Shown here in pieces: positions 10,678 to 21,328 of a stretch of 64,000 nucleotides of DNA (position 1 is its first letter; every line of letters begins with the position of its first letter). The DNA comes from an uncultured delta proteobacterium (lineage in GTDB: Bacteria > Myxococcota_A > Polyangia > Polyangiales > Polyangiaceae), in assembly GCA_963850305.1 (NCBI GenBank), contig CAWKKR010000006.1:96001-160000 (forward strand), in the 5' to 3' direction. The translations under genes were made by a program, and so were the position numbers. The notes under the pieces were generated by a model, which saw only the letters and a program-made list of their open reading frames with translations, was not told the origin of the DNA and searched no databases.

Positions 10678-11130
10678 ATGCGCGCGATGTATCCGCGAAT
10701 CGCCTCCTGCTGGCTCGCCGGCTGGCTCGTCGCGTGTGGCGGCGGCTCTTCCGCGCCGGACCCGGACGCACCGACGTTCACCAACGTCTGGACGGAAGTG
10801 ATCCTCGCCAACCACTGCCAGTCGAGTGAATGTCATGGATCCGGGGCAGGGGGCCTCGTCATGACATCCCAGACGACGGCTTATTCGAATCTCGTCGGCA
10901 TCCAGGCTGCCGGGATGTGCCCGGAGGGTGGCGACGATCTGAGCTGCTCGTGCGGTGCGAGCGGCGAGACCCGCGTAGTCGCGGACCACCCCGAGCAGAG
11001 CTTGATCGTGGAAAAAATCAGCGGTGACCCCTCGTGCGGGACGCACATGCCGCCCACGGGCGCGCCGGTGACCGCCGAGCAGATCACGCTCGTCACGAAC
11101 TGGATCAGCGCCGGCGCAAAAAACGACTGA
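10678..11130 (+). CDS. Lipoprotein, putative c-type cytochrome with a CX4CH motif
   Basis: Lipobox LVAC, CQSSECH, distal MPP, C-terminal WISAGA. Confidence 0.6.
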   Translation: MRAMYPRIASCWLAGWLVACGGGSSAPDPDAPTFTNVWTEVILANHCQSSECHGSGAGGLVMTSQTTAYSNLVGIQAAGMCPEGGDDLSCSCGASGETRVVADHPEQSLIVEKISGDPSCGTHMPPTGAPVTAEQITLVTNWISAGAKND

Positions 11131-11212
11131 GCGTCGCGCCGCGACGGTTCGGACGAACGATTGTGCTCGGGGCGGGTTGACTCGCACGCGTTTCGTGTAG
11201 ACTCGCGCGCCC

Positions 11213-12121
11213 GTGCAACGCCTTTCGCAAACTGGTCTCCTCACCGCCGCGCTCCTCGTCGGGGCGTGTTCCCGGCAACCTCGCGCTCTCACTGCGTCGT
11301 CCGCGGGCGAGACCACGTACGCCCTTGGTTACGTCGATTCACTCGGCGCCACCCGCACCGAAGAGCAGGCTCTCGAGTCCCAGGTGGACACCGGCACGAC
11401 CGCCCTCCAGACGTATCCCGCCGCGCTCTCCACTCCGAGCTGGCGCGACGTGCTCGTCGTTTACGACGCGGCCGACGCCGCGGGCCGGTCGAGCGACTAC
11501 GTGGACGAAGTCGAGCGCGACAAGGCCGTTGCTCAGTTCTACGTCGAGGAGAAAGACGAGCTCGATCGCCGCGTGGGCGGCGCGGCGCAATATGCCGCCA
11601 AGCAGAAGAAGGACTGCGACGTCGAGCTCAGTGGCCCGATCAGCTACGCGCTCGGCAAGGCGTTCGACGATCGCATCCGGGACCGCGTGCGCAAGCACAG
11701 CGACGCGTTCCTCTACATCGCGGACCACGAAGACGCGCTCGGCAAGAAGAACCGCAGCAAGCTGGAGGACCAGGCCGACGCGATCTCGCAGACCAGCTAC
11801 TCGGTGTACATCGCCGCCCCGGAGCTACACGAGCGCCTCGTCCGTCAAGCGAACGAAGCGTCGGACGTCGACCACACCCTCGCCCTCGTCGCCGATGACG
11901 CGCATCGCGTGGGGACGGACGACAAAGAGCCGCAGCCGATCCGCGCCCGCGCTGAGGCACGCGAGCAACAAGCGATTGCTGCGCGCCAGCGTCTCGCAGG
12001 CGAGGCCGCCGAGACGAAGAAACTCGCGGACGCCATGGCCGACCGCATCAAGCAGATGCACGACAAGTACGAGGCCGCATACAAGGCCCTGCGCCAGGAC
12101 GTTCAAGCCCGCGCCAAGTGA
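11213..12121 (+). CDS. Hypothetical helical/coiled-coil lipoprotein
   Basis: Lipobox VGAC; charged helical sequence; typical codon usage. Confidence 0.7.
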   Translation: MQRLSQTGLLTAALLVGACSRQPRALTASSAGETTYALGYVDSLGATRTEEQALESQVDTGTTALQTYPAALSTPSWRDVLVVYDAADAAGRSSDYVDEVERDKAVAQFYVEEKDELDRRVGGAAQYAAKQKKDCDVELSGPISYALGKAFDDRIRDRVRKHSDAFLYIADHEDALGKKNRSKLEDQADAISQTSYSVYIAAPELHERLVRQANEASDVDHTLALVADDAHRVGTDDKEPQPIRARAEAREQQAIAARQRLAGEAAETKKLADAMADRIKQMHDKYEAAYKALRQDVQARAK

Positions 12122-12211
12122 GCGGAGCCAGCCCGCGCTGCCCCCCATCGTCCGTCCTCGCTCGCTCGCGCTCGCTGCGGGCGGCCGGTTCCCCGCCAAA
12201 TCGCGGCGCGC

Positions 12212-12388
12212 CGCCGCGCCGCTCAGGGGGGAACTCCGATCGGCAGCAAAGCGACGGGCGGATCGGCGTGGAGTGAATCACGGCGTGACTTGAAACGCCG
12301 CGCCGCTCAGGGGGAACTCCGATCGGAGACAGAGCGACGGCAAGATCGGCGTGGAGTGAATCACGGCGTGACTTGAAACGCCGCGCCG
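12212..12388. repeat. Diverged tandem duplication, period about 83-84 bp, covering a gene 3' end and a hairpin
   Basis: cgccgcgccgctcaggggg...gatcggcgtggagtgaatcacggcgtgacttgaaa occurs twice. Confidence 0.85.
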
Positions 12389-14137
12389 GAGGCGCCCGTG
12401 GAGCCGTTGGGCGCGGGGTTGGTCCCGGGCGCGCCGAGCAGCGAGCCGCCCGGACCCGCGGCGCCGCCCGATCCGAGCGTCGGGGACGGCGGATTCACGG
12501 ATGTCGGGGCCGTGCCATGGAACACGACGGCATACGACGGACCGCCCGTGCCGCCGGAGCCCGCGCCGGCGTTGCCGCCGTTGCCTCCGCTCCCGCCATT
12601 GCCCCCGCGCCCGATCCCCATGCCTGCACTCCCGTCGCCGCCGCCGGCACCCAACTTGCCGTTACCTCCCGCGCCCGCGCGGCCGCCTTTGCCGCCGTCG
12701 CCGCCCTTGGCGGTGGTGATGGCGACGTTGTTCAGCGTGAGCCCGCTGTCCCAGACGAGGATGCCGACGGAGGCGCCGCCGCCCTTGCCGGCAGAGCCGA
12801 GCGTACCGCCGCAGCCGCCCATGCCGCCCGCGCCGCCGCTGGCGCCGACACAGCCGCTCTGACCGGCGCTCGCGCCGCCCCCGCCGCCACCCTGTCCGGC
12901 GTGCCCGCTCGTGCCGGCGTTGCCATCCGCGGGCACGAAGCCACTCGCCGTGAACGTGCCGGCGCTCGCCGCCGCGCCGCCGACAGAGCCGGCCGCGCCG
13001 GACGCGCCGTCCGTGCCGGCACCGCCGGGGTCTCCGACGTTCGAGGAGCCTGAGCCGCCATTCACGCTGTCCGGGATCGGTCGTGTCGGTGCTGGGTGAG
13101 CCCGAGACTCCGTCGGAGCCACTCGAGTTCCGGTTCGCCGTGCCGCCGTTGCCGCCGAGCGACCCGCACGCACTGTTGGCGCTCCAAGAGCCACCGTTGA
13201 GGAACGACGGCGCGTTGGTGCAGTTGGCCGCGGCGCCGCTCTGCGCGCCGGTGACGTCGGCGCCGTCGGCGCCGGCAGTGCCGTCTTGGCCATCGGCGCC
13301 CTTGGCGGCGTTGCCGGCGGTGACGACGGAGTCCTGGAGCGTGACGTTGGTGGAGGCATTGATGATCGCGGCGATGCTCGACGCGCCGGCGACCCTGGCG
13401 TCATTGACGAGGAAGTCCACGTCCTGGAAGGTGAGGGGTGCGGTCACCTGGTCGAGCGTGAGCGCCGCGCCCGACGCGGGCGCAACCAGGGCGTGGTGCG
13501 GGTTCGTCTTCCACGAGCCGTCTCGATCACATTCGAAGCCGCCGAACAGATGGACGCCCGCAGCCGCAACGTCGGTCGCGCCGAGGGTGACGGGGGCCGT
13601 GTAGTCTCCACTCGTCGCGCAGACGATGACGCGGGTGAGGCCAATCTGCCGCGCGATGGCAATGCCGGCGTCGATGGTGGGCGCGGGGTTCGCCATGGTG
13701 CCCGTGCCGGTGGGTTGCCCGTTCGCAACGAAGACGGCGTAGTCGTCCGAGACGAGACAGGGTTCGACGTCCGGAGTGCTCGTGGGGTCGCACCGGGGGC
13801 CCGTGTCCCGACCGGCATCGCTCGCGCCGCCGTTACTGGCGCCCGAACTTCCGCCGTTGCCTGACGCTCCTGCGCCGCCGGCTCCGCTGCTGCCGCCGGT
13901 GTCCGCGCCGCTCGCCCCGCTGTTGCCGCCTGTGGCGCCCGTCCCCGAGCCGCCCGCGCCGCCGTTATTGGCCGTGCCGCCGCTGGAACCCGTCCCGGCG
14001 TCCTGGCCGCCGGTGGAGGGCATGGCGCCCTCGGCGCAGGTGAGTGTCTCCGAGCAGGTCGAGGAGGTCGCGCCGCAGGCCGATCCGAGGACGCCGGAAC
14101 CCACCGCAACAAAGGTTAACCAACCAACAATTCTCAT
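12361..14137 (-). CDS. Gly-rich (PGRS-like) surface lipoprotein, split by a 1-bp insertion near 13073
   Basis: Lipobox GSAC and GGxG repeats; ORFs 12662..14137 and 12361..13404 join at ...TDTTDP/DSVNGG. Confidence 0.8.
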
Positions 14138-14485
14138 GGCTCGAAGCCCCCTGACGCTCGTTGAAGACGAACCCGACTCGCTGTGCAGACGCGGCTCCTA
14201 TAACCCGGTTCGCGGCGCTGACCAAACCGCGTGACGGACGTGTGGACATGACTCTCGGGCCGAAACTGGCTCTGCCGGCTGTGACGTCGCGCTCGGGTTC
14301 TGGTGCTCGGTCCGTCCGTATCGTGTCGATCGCTGGCGAGCGCGGGTTGCGGAAAAAGCGCGCGCTCGCCCCCTTGAGGAGCCAGGGCTTGAAAACGCTA
14401 GTACCGATCGGTACCGGAAATGAGATAGGCTCATCTCGCCCAAGCGACCCGCTGGGCGTTGCTCAATTTGGAAGGTGAACGCTTC

Positions 14486-15952
14486 ATGACTTCGGCCAGG
14501 TTTCCGGGGAGTGGCCCCGCGCTGTCGGCATGTTTGATGGGCCTTTTGGTGGCCGCTGGGTGCAGCAGTTCAAAGAAGGCCACCAAGATCATCGTCGACT
14601 CTGGCCCGGCGGGACCAAGCGCCAACGATGACTGGACGATGTACGGCTATGACGAGGGGTCGACCTATTTCAACAAGGCGGAGACGCTGATCTCCACCAC
14701 GACTGCCCCGAAGCTGGACAAGGCGTGGGTCTACGATACCGGCGTCGGCGTCACCGCCACTCCGGTGATTTCGGGGGGCCGCGTCTACGTCGACGCCAAC
14801 GGGGGTGGGGTCATCGCGCTCGATCTCGCGACGGGCACAGAGATATGGAGCACGCAGTCGTTTTATGACGCCTCGAGCCCGGCTCCGAGCGGAAGCTCTT
14901 CGCTCGCGCTCGATAATGGCGTGCTGTACCTGCACGACTTGGGGGGCACCGTTCGAGCCCTGGATGCAAGCGACGGTCATCAGCTCTGGGCCTACAAGAC
15001 CGACACGGATCCGAGCCTCGTCGGTTTCTCGTCGCCCATCGTCACCTCCAAGTACGTCATCATCGGCGGCTCCACGCTCGAGGAACTGGGGACGGGTCCC
15101 TACAAGTTTCGCGGCTTCGTGGAGGCGCTCAACAAGGACGGCACGCTCGCCTGGAAGAAGTACACCGTGGACGGCGGGGCCCACGGTGCCACCCTCTGGT
15201 CGAGCGTTGCGGTCGATGAGTCGCTCGGCATGGTCATAGCCGGGACCGGGAATAACCATGGCCCGCCCGCGACGGACACGTCCGACGCGTTCCTCGCCAT
15301 GCCGCTCGACGGCGATCCCGCGGACGGGGGGACGCTTCTGTGGAAGCAGCAGATCTTCGCGGGGGATACGTGGGCGCTCGCGTCGCTCGCCTCTCCAGAC
15401 GACGACTTCGGGGCAAATCCCGTCATGTTCGACTACGCCTCGGAGGGAGGGATCCGGAAGCTCGTGGCCGGTGGCAACAAGGGAGCCGACTTCTGGGTGC
15501 TCGACCGGACGCAGGGCACCGTTATCCAGAAGCGGCACCTCGACGGCACCGGTTCGGCGTCGCAAGGGGGCGTTTTCGTCGCAGTGGCGTGGGACGGCAA
15601 GCGTCTTCTCACGGCCTGCAACGGAGCGAGCATCACCGCAGGCGGCGAGAGCCTGACGTCGACGGTCCTCTACGCGCTCGATCCTCTGACGCTCGACATC
15701 GTCTGGCAGCGGCAGGTCGTCGGGCCCGTCTACAGCCCGATTTCCGTCGCGAACGGGGTTGGCTTCTTCGGACAGGACACAACGCTGCAGGCGTTCGACA
15801 CCGCCACGGGCGCGGTGCTCAAGGAGTATCCGACCGACGGGACGATTGCGACGGCGCCGGCCGTTTCAAACGGCTACGTCGTTTTCGGGAGCGGCATGAG
15901 CTGGAATAAAGCGACGGCAGGAACCAAGTACTACGCCTTGAAGGTGCCATGA
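14486..15952 (+). CDS. PQQ-type beta-propeller lipoprotein (PVA-dehydrogenase/BamB-like fold)
   Basis: Lipobox AAGC, DWTMYG, repeated ALDxxTGxxxW propeller motifs. Confidence 0.85.
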   Translation: MTSARFPGSGPALSACLMGLLVAAGCSSSKKATKIIVDSGPAGPSANDDWTMYGYDEGSTYFNKAETLISTTTAPKLDKAWVYDTGVGVTATPVISGGRVYVDANGGGVIALDLATGTEIWSTQSFYDASSPAPSGSSSLALDNGVLYLHDLGGTVRALDASDGHQLWAYKTDTDPSLVGFSSPIVTSKYVIIGGSTLEELGTGPYKFRGFVEALNKDGTLAWKKYTVDGGAHGATLWSSVAVDESLGMVIAGTGNNHGPPATDTSDAFLAMPLDGDPADGGTLLWKQQIFAGDTWALASLASPDDDFGANPVMFDYASEGGIRKLVAGGNKGADFWVLDRTQGTVIQKRHLDGTGSASQGGVFVAVAWDGKRLLTACNGASITAGGESLTSTVLYALDPLTLDIVWQRQVVGPVYSPISVANGVGFFGQDTTLQAFDTATGAVLKEYPTDGTIATAPAVSNGYVVFGSGMSWNKATAGTKYYALKVP

Positions 15953-16401
15953 GCCGCTGGCGCGGTTTCGGTTCCCTGCTGGCTGTTCTGGCGACCGTCG
16001 GGTGCGGATCGAGCGGCTCGGGGAAGCCAGCCACGCTCGACCCGACCTTCACGAACGTCGTCGCGAACGTCATCACGGTCAAAAATTGCGGTGGGCCGCT
16101 GTGTCACACTGCCATCGGGACGATGTCCGCCGGCGGCATGATCCTCGGGACCAAGGCGCAGCTCTATGCGCAGCTGGTGAACGTCCATGCTGACGGCACG
16201 CTGTGCGGCACCACCGCGGACGGCGGTCCCACTTCGTACATCCGCGTCGTCCCTGGAAACCCCGACGAGAGTTTGCTGTATCTGAAGCTGAATCAAGAGC
16301 CCCCGTGCGGTAACGCGATGCCGGGAAGCGGCACGCCACTGAGCCAGGATCTCATCACGCTCGTGCACGACTGGATCGCCGCGGGTGCTCAGAACGACTG
16401 A
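15949..16401 (+). CDS. Lipoprotein, putative c-type cytochrome with CX4CH; paralog of 10678..11130
   Basis: Lipobox TVGC, PTFTNV, CGGPLCH, VVPGNPDESLL, MP, WIAAGAQND. Confidence 0.6.
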   Translation: MSRWRGFGSLLAVLATVGCGSSGSGKPATLDPTFTNVVANVITVKNCGGPLCHTAIGTMSAGGMILGTKAQLYAQLVNVHADGTLCGTTADGGPTSYIRVVPGNPDESLLYLKLNQEPPCGNAMPGSGTPLSQDLITLVHDWIAAGAQND

Positions 16402-16936
16402 TTGGCGTGCGGGGTTCGCCGCCCTGGCGATCTTCGTCGGCACCGCGGGTTGTCGCGCGCGACCGCCGCCTCTGGATTCGTTCGAGGTGAAGCTCGATGC
16501 GACGCCCAAGAAAGGCGCCCCGTCGACGCCGCCGGATCCCGTGCTGCGTCCGTGGCGCGTCTGGATCGTCCAGCAATACCCCCTGCAGAAGAAAACCCCG
16601 CACTGGGAGACCTTCGCCGCGCGCGACGGCCGCCTGCTCGACCTCGCCCCGGACGGCAACTGGCGCTGCCTCGTGACCCCCGTGAGGCTCCTGGGAAAAA
16701 TCAACGACCACCAGCGCGTGGGGACGTGGATCGCGACGCGCGCCGTGCGGTGTTCCTCCGACGGATGGCGCACGAGCGCCGAAGCGCGCGTCCGGGCCGC
16801 CTTCGACCCGGACGGCGTGCCCGGTCCTCTGGACCCGAGCGCGCCGCTCTTCCTGAACGACGTCGTGAACGGCGAACCGCGCCTCACCATCGTGGTGCTC
16901 GAGGGCGCGAAGCCCGCGCGACAGCCCGAGGACTGA
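16385..16936 (+). CDS. Hypothetical lipoprotein
   Basis: Lipobox TAGC; overlaps the upstream gene. Confidence 0.6.
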   Translation: MLRTTDWRAGFAALAIFVGTAGCRARPPPLDSFEVKLDATPKKGAPSTPPDPVLRPWRVWIVQQYPLQKKTPHWETFAARDGRLLDLAPDGNWRCLVTPVRLLGKINDHQRVGTWIATRAVRCSSDGWRTSAEARVRAAFDPDGVPGPLDPSAPLFLNDVVNGEPRLTIVVLEGAKPARQPED

Positions 16937-17009
16937 GGTTTGCCTAGAATCCGGAGTTAAGTTTGGCCGGTAAACCTTTGTAATGACGGGGCTAGTGACT
17001 GCGAGGCTG

Positions 17010-17282
17010 TCACTGCTCGAGGCGGGCGAAGAGGGCGTCGAACTGGTCCCGGTTCTCGAGCGCGTAGCGCACGGCCGCGTCGGCAGCTTCGACCCGTAGC
17101 TCACCGTCCGCGGACGCTGTTGCGCCGACGGGGAACCGCTCCACCGAGACTGCGTCGTACCCGGTCATGCGGCAAACGAAGATGCCGCCCGTGTCTTCGA
17201 GAGCCGGATCTTCCACCACGACGCGGACGATGACCGCACTGCCGTCGATTTCCGGCTCGCCCGCGACGAAAGTAGAGCGCAT
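17010..17282 (-). CDS. Small hypothetical protein
   Basis: 90-aa ORF with globular composition. Confidence 0.5.
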   Translation of the reverse strand: MRSTFVAGEPEIDGSAVIVRVVVEDPALEDTGGIFVCRMTGYDAVSVERFPVGATASADGELRVEAADAAVRYALENRDQFDALFARLEQ

Positions 17283-17435
17283 CGGACGAGCTTAGTCGAT
17301 CAGCGAAGCCGGGGCGAAGGGCGAAGGCGAAGGGCCACTGTCAATCGGTGACCGGTCGAGCGCGGGTCCGGTTGGCGATGCGGGGGTCGGTTCCGGGCGC
17401 GGGAGCGGGTTCGGGGGGGCCTTGCGCTCTGTGCG

Positions 17436-17690
17436 CCCGAGCTCGTCCAAGCTCGATCCGGCTCTCGTCGAGCCATCCCGAGCTCGTCCAAGCTCGAATC
17501 CGGCTCTCGTCGAGCCATCCCGAGCTCAATCGAGCGCTCTGCCACCCAGATGAGCCGTCGCGATGCTCAATCGAGCGTCGCACGACTCGATTCGAGCCGC
17601 GCCGAGCTCAATCGAGCGACGCATTACCTCGATTCGAGCAATGCTGAGCTCACCGAAGCACCGTCTCGCCTCGGTTCGAGCCGGCGGGGG
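17436..17690. repeat. Degenerate 21/42-bp periodic repeat (heptad-coding)
   Basis: Two near-exact copies of 41 and 42 bp, then 21-bp units such as gagctcaatcgagcgacgcat and tacctcgattcgagcaatgct. Confidence 0.75.
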
Positions 17691-17879
17691 CACAGACGAG
17701 CTTTTTTTCGCTCGCGACGAGCCGCGCGATGCAGGCGTGAGCCCGTGGACGCGCTCGACGAGCAAACCGAGCACACGCATGCGCTGTCGTGGATGTCCCG
17801 CACCCGCGATGCGCTGTCGATGCACGGAACCGCTGAACAAAAACAACTCCTTTCGTGTTGGTATAGATTAGCTGCTGCG

Positions 17880-19367
17880 ATGTCCTTGGAGGGCCTTACC
17901 GAACCCGTCGACCCGCTCGTCGCGCGGGCGCGACAGCGCATCGGCAGTGTGCTCAAGGAGAAGTGGCGCCTCGACGTGCTGCTCGGCGTCGGCGGCATGG
18001 CGGCCGTCTACGCGGCCACGCACCGCAACGGCAGTCGCGTCGCCATCAAGATCCTCCACCCGGAGCTGAGCGTCAGCGCCGACGTTCGCACGCGCTTCAT
18101 GCGCGAGGGATATGCCGCCAACGCCGTCGGTCACGACGGAGTCGTGCGCGTCTCCGACGACGACGTTGCAGAGGACGGAGCCGCATTCCTCGTCATGGAG
18201 CTCCTCGACGGTGAAACGCTTCAAGGCCGCTCGGAGCGACTCGGCGGGACGCTCTCCGAGGACGAAGTGCTCTCCGTCGCCGACCAGCTCCTCGACGTGC
18301 TCGTGGCCGCACATGCGAAGGGTATCGTTCACAGGGATCTCAAGCCCGAGAATATCTTCGTCACCCGCGATGGCCGGGTGAGGGTTCTCGACTTCGGCAT
18401 CGCGCGCCTCCGGGAGATGTCGGGCGCCAGCCACGCGACACGCACCGGTTACTCGATGGGCACGCCGGCATTCATGGCGCCCGAGCAGGCCCGTGCCTTG
18501 TGGGATCAAGTCGACGGACGGTCCGACATCTGGGCGGTGGGTGCCACGATGTTCGCGCTTCTTTCGGGCACGGAGGTTCATTCGGGGCGAACCCCCAACG
18601 AGGTTCTCATCGTGGCAGCGACGCAGCCCGCGCCGCCGCTCGCGTCGGTTTTACCGACGGTGAGCCCCGCAGTCGCGCGCGTCGTGGACAAGGCCGTCGC
18701 GTTCGAGCGCGAGCATAGGTGGCAAGATGCCGCGACGATGCAAGAAGCCGTGCGGTCCGCGTATCACGATTGGCACGGCACCCCGTTCCCCACGGCTTCG
18801 TCGCTCACGGTCCCGCCGACGGTCGTGAATCGGACCTTGGCTTCGGCGGCGGTGAGCGCCGTCTCACCCGGGGCACCGACGACGAACCGCGCGGTTTCGA
18901 CTTCTCATATCGGTGCGTCGCTCGCGTCTCTTGCTGCGCGCTTCTCACGCCGGAGCCCGATCGCCCTTGGCGTCGGTGGCGCCGTGGTCGTCGCTGCAAT
19001 CGTTGTTGGCGTGGTTGTCATGTCCAGCGGGAGCAAGGCCCCGGCGTCACCGGCAGCGGGGGCGACCACGATGGCCGCCGCGAGACTCGAGCCATCAGCC
19101 CCGAGAGCCGTGTCGAACTCGCAGGCAGCGCCGCCCGCGCCGTCGGTAGCTCCCAAACCGACCGCTGCGCCCGTTCTCGCGGTGACCGACCTGCCGGAGA
19201 CAGCTCCGGCGGTCACAACCGCGAAGCCGGCACCAAAGCCTCGAGTCCTGGTTCCCGCGCCTGCGACTCCGATGGCGACAACGGCGAAGAAAAAACCCGA
19301 CTGTAGCCCGCCGTACGTACTCGACCCCGTGACTGGGACGAAAAAATGGAAGCCAGCATGTTTCTAG
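17880..19367 (+). CDS. Hanks-type Ser/Thr protein kinase with one TM, a Pro-rich linker and a two-Cys C-terminal mini-domain
   Basis: LGVGGMAAVY, VAIK, HRDLKPEN, DFG, APE. Confidence 0.95.
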   Translation: MSLEGLTEPVDPLVARARQRIGSVLKEKWRLDVLLGVGGMAAVYAATHRNGSRVAIKILHPELSVSADVRTRFMREGYAANAVGHDGVVRVSDDDVAEDGAAFLVMELLDGETLQGRSERLGGTLSEDEVLSVADQLLDVLVAAHAKGIVHRDLKPENIFVTRDGRVRVLDFGIARLREMSGASHATRTGYSMGTPAFMAPEQARALWDQVDGRSDIWAVGATMFALLSGTEVHSGRTPNEVLIVAATQPAPPLASVLPTVSPAVARVVDKAVAFEREHRWQDAATMQEAVRSAYHDWHGTPFPTASSLTVPPTVVNRTLASAAVSAVSPGAPTTNRAVSTSHIGASLASLAARFSRRSPIALGVGGAVVVAAIVVGVVVMSSGSKAPASPAAGATTMAAARLEPSAPRAVSNSQAAPPAPSVAPKPTAAPVLAVTDLPETAPAVTTAKPAPKPRVLVPAPATPMATTAKKKPDCSPPYVLDPVTGTKKWKPACF

Positions 19368-20239
19368 CAGCGCGAACCCGAACGGCGCTTCTCGCCGCCA
19401 CTGCGGTGATCGCGGCCAGATCCGCCGTCGCTGCCGAACCGGCACCGACGAAGGCGGAATGCATCGCTGCGAGCGAGTCTGGCCAGGACTTGCGCCACGC
19501 GGGGAAGCTCAACGATGCCCGCACGCAGTTCGCGGTCTGTGTGGCAGCGAGTTGCCCGGGACCGATCCGCGATGACTGTGCGCAACGCCTGCACGAGATC
19601 GGAAAGGCGATGCCCTCGTTCGTGTTCGACGTGAAGGACGCGGCGGGCAACGACGTGCCCGGTGTAGCGATCACGATGGACGGGGAGTCCGTTGCGGGCG
19701 CGGGCAACGCGGCCGGCACCGCGATCGAGGTCGACCCTGGCGAGCACACGTTCACCTTCGAAGCGGCGGGGCTGCCGAAGGTCGAGAAGCGACTCGTCAT
19801 CGCCGAGGGCGTGAAGCAACGGCGCGAGGTCGTCATCATGGCCCGCGACGAGACGGCGCAGACGGCGAACACGACATCATCGAGAACAGACGAAGCGCCC
19901 GAGCCATCGGCTCCCCTGCCGACTCTCGCCTGGGTGGCGTTCGGCGTCGGCGGTGCGGGGTTGCTGCTCGGCATGACTGCCGGTCTCGTCGCGGGAGCGA
20001 AGCACTCATCGCTCTCGAACGTCTGCAACGATACCGCCGGCACCTGCCCACCGGCGTACAGCGACGACCTCGACTCCTTCCACACGTGGCGAACGGTTTC
20101 GACCGTTGGTTACGTTGTCGGTTTGCTCGGCGTTGCGGGCGGCGCGACGCTCTGGCTGACGGCGCCGAAGGCGTCCAGCACCACGACGGCGCGCGTGTGG
20201 GTTGGCCCGGGGTCGGCGGGGATCGCGGGGAGGTTCTGA
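19358..20239 (+). CDS. Exported TPR/PEGA-like protein ending in GIAGRF
   Basis: Signal peptide, helical Cys-containing N-domain, IEVDPGEH PEGA-like motif, two Gly-rich hydrophobic segments, terminal Phe. Confidence 0.75.
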   Translation: MFLAARTRTALLAATAVIAARSAVAAEPAPTKAECIAASESGQDLRHAGKLNDARTQFAVCVAASCPGPIRDDCAQRLHEIGKAMPSFVFDVKDAAGNDVPGVAITMDGESVAGAGNAAGTAIEVDPGEHTFTFEAAGLPKVEKRLVIAEGVKQRREVVIMARDETAQTANTTSSRTDEAPEPSAPLPTLAWVAFGVGGAGLLLGMTAGLVAGAKHSSLSNVCNDTAGTCPPAYSDDLDSFHTWRTVSTVGYVVGLLGVAGGATLWLTAPKASSTTTARVWVGPGSAGIAGRF

Positions 20240-20674
20240 ATGCGGGTGTGGTTGCCCGTCGTACTGACGGTGCCCTTCGCGCTCGCGGGATGCCCGGCGG
20301 TGCTCTCTGATTGGAGCATCGCTCCCGATACCGGCGCGTTCGATGCCTCGATTGACGCCACGGGTCCCGCTGCCGGGGGCAGTTCCGGATCCGGCAGCGG
20401 AGACAGTGGCGGCTTATCGGGACCGAGTGGGGGCTCATCGTCGAGCAGCGTGGGCGGTGCAATTGGCTCGTTGGGCGGCCTGAACGGATTCGGGTGGCGG
20501 GCTCCACTTGTCGTCGGGGGCTCGGCAAGCGCTGGTGGCACGGCAACTGTCGACATGGACGGAGGCGAGGTCGTTTGTGGCGCCTCGCGGTGTCCCTCGT
20601 GCCTTGGAACAGCTTGCTGCACGACAGCCGGTTCGTGCGGCTGCCAGGCGTTCTTCATAGAGCCGTGCTCCTGA
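20240..20674 (+). CDS. Small Gly/Cys-rich lipoprotein (cassette 1)
   Basis: MRVWLPVVL...LAGC-PAVLSDW; C-terminal C..CPSC...CC...CGC...C. Confidence 0.75.
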   Translation: MRVWLPVVLTVPFALAGCPAVLSDWSIAPDTGAFDASIDATGPAAGGSSGSGSGDSGGLSGPSGGSSSSSVGGAIGSLGGLNGFGWRAPLVVGGSASAGGTATVDMDGGEVVCGASRCPSCLGTACCTTAGSCGCQAFFIEPCS

Positions 20675-20918
20675 ACCCGTCGATCCCGGCACGAACGGCT
20701 TTGAGACGAAACAACGTTATTGGAACTGACGAGCGACGACGATGAGCTACGCGGACTTGAAAACAGAAAGGGACGCCCGCGATTGCTCGCGCAGCTCGCG
20801 TCGATCGAATCCGAAGCACAAGCACGCAAGGGCGATGAAAGCGGCTTCTCCGACGGCGTCCAGCACCATGACGGCGCGGCTTGGCCCCGCGTTCGCGGGG
20901 ATCGCGGGAAGGTTCTGA

Positions 20919-21278
20919 ATGCGCACGTGGCTGCCCGTCGTGCTCACGGTGTCCTTCGCGCTCACGGGGTGCCCGGCGCTGCTCAGCGATTGGAAGATCA
21001 GCGGCAGCGGCGCAGGCGATGCCTCGGTTGACGCCAGCACGGGCGGGGTGTCGGAGGGCTCGATCGGAAGTGGCGGAGCGAGTGGGAGCGGCGGAGCCTC
21101 GAGTACGGGCGGCGCGGTCGGGACGGGCGGCGGGAATACCGGCGACAGCGGCGGCGCGTCCACGTGTTCCGACGACAAGACGACCACGGGCTGTCCGGCA
21201 TGCGGCCTGGCGACGAGCGCGTGTTGCAAAGCAGCGGGCGCGTGCGGGTGTGCGTCTGCGGGTGCCCCGTGCTTTTAG
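20919..21278 (+). CDS. Small Gly/Cys-rich lipoprotein (cassette 2)
   Basis: MRTWLPVVL...LTGC-PALLSDWKISG; same Cys pattern. Confidence 0.78.
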   Translation: MRTWLPVVLTVSFALTGCPALLSDWKISGSGAGDASVDASTGGVSEGSIGSGGASGSGGASSTGGAVGTGGGNTGDSGGASTCSDDKTTTGCPACGLATSACCKAAGACGCASAGAPCF

Positions 21279-21328
21279 CAACCGGCCACGCAAATAGACG
21301 CCGGGCCCTAAATGTGGAGGGCTATTGA

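Noticed and set aside
12212..12388. Mini-CRISPR, because the repeat contains TTGAAAC
   Set aside because: Only two units, the would-be spacers are homologous, and the motif is the coding 3' end of a gene
12361..14137. True mycobacterial PE_PGRS protein
   Set aside because: No PE domain; it has a lipobox and only compositional similarity
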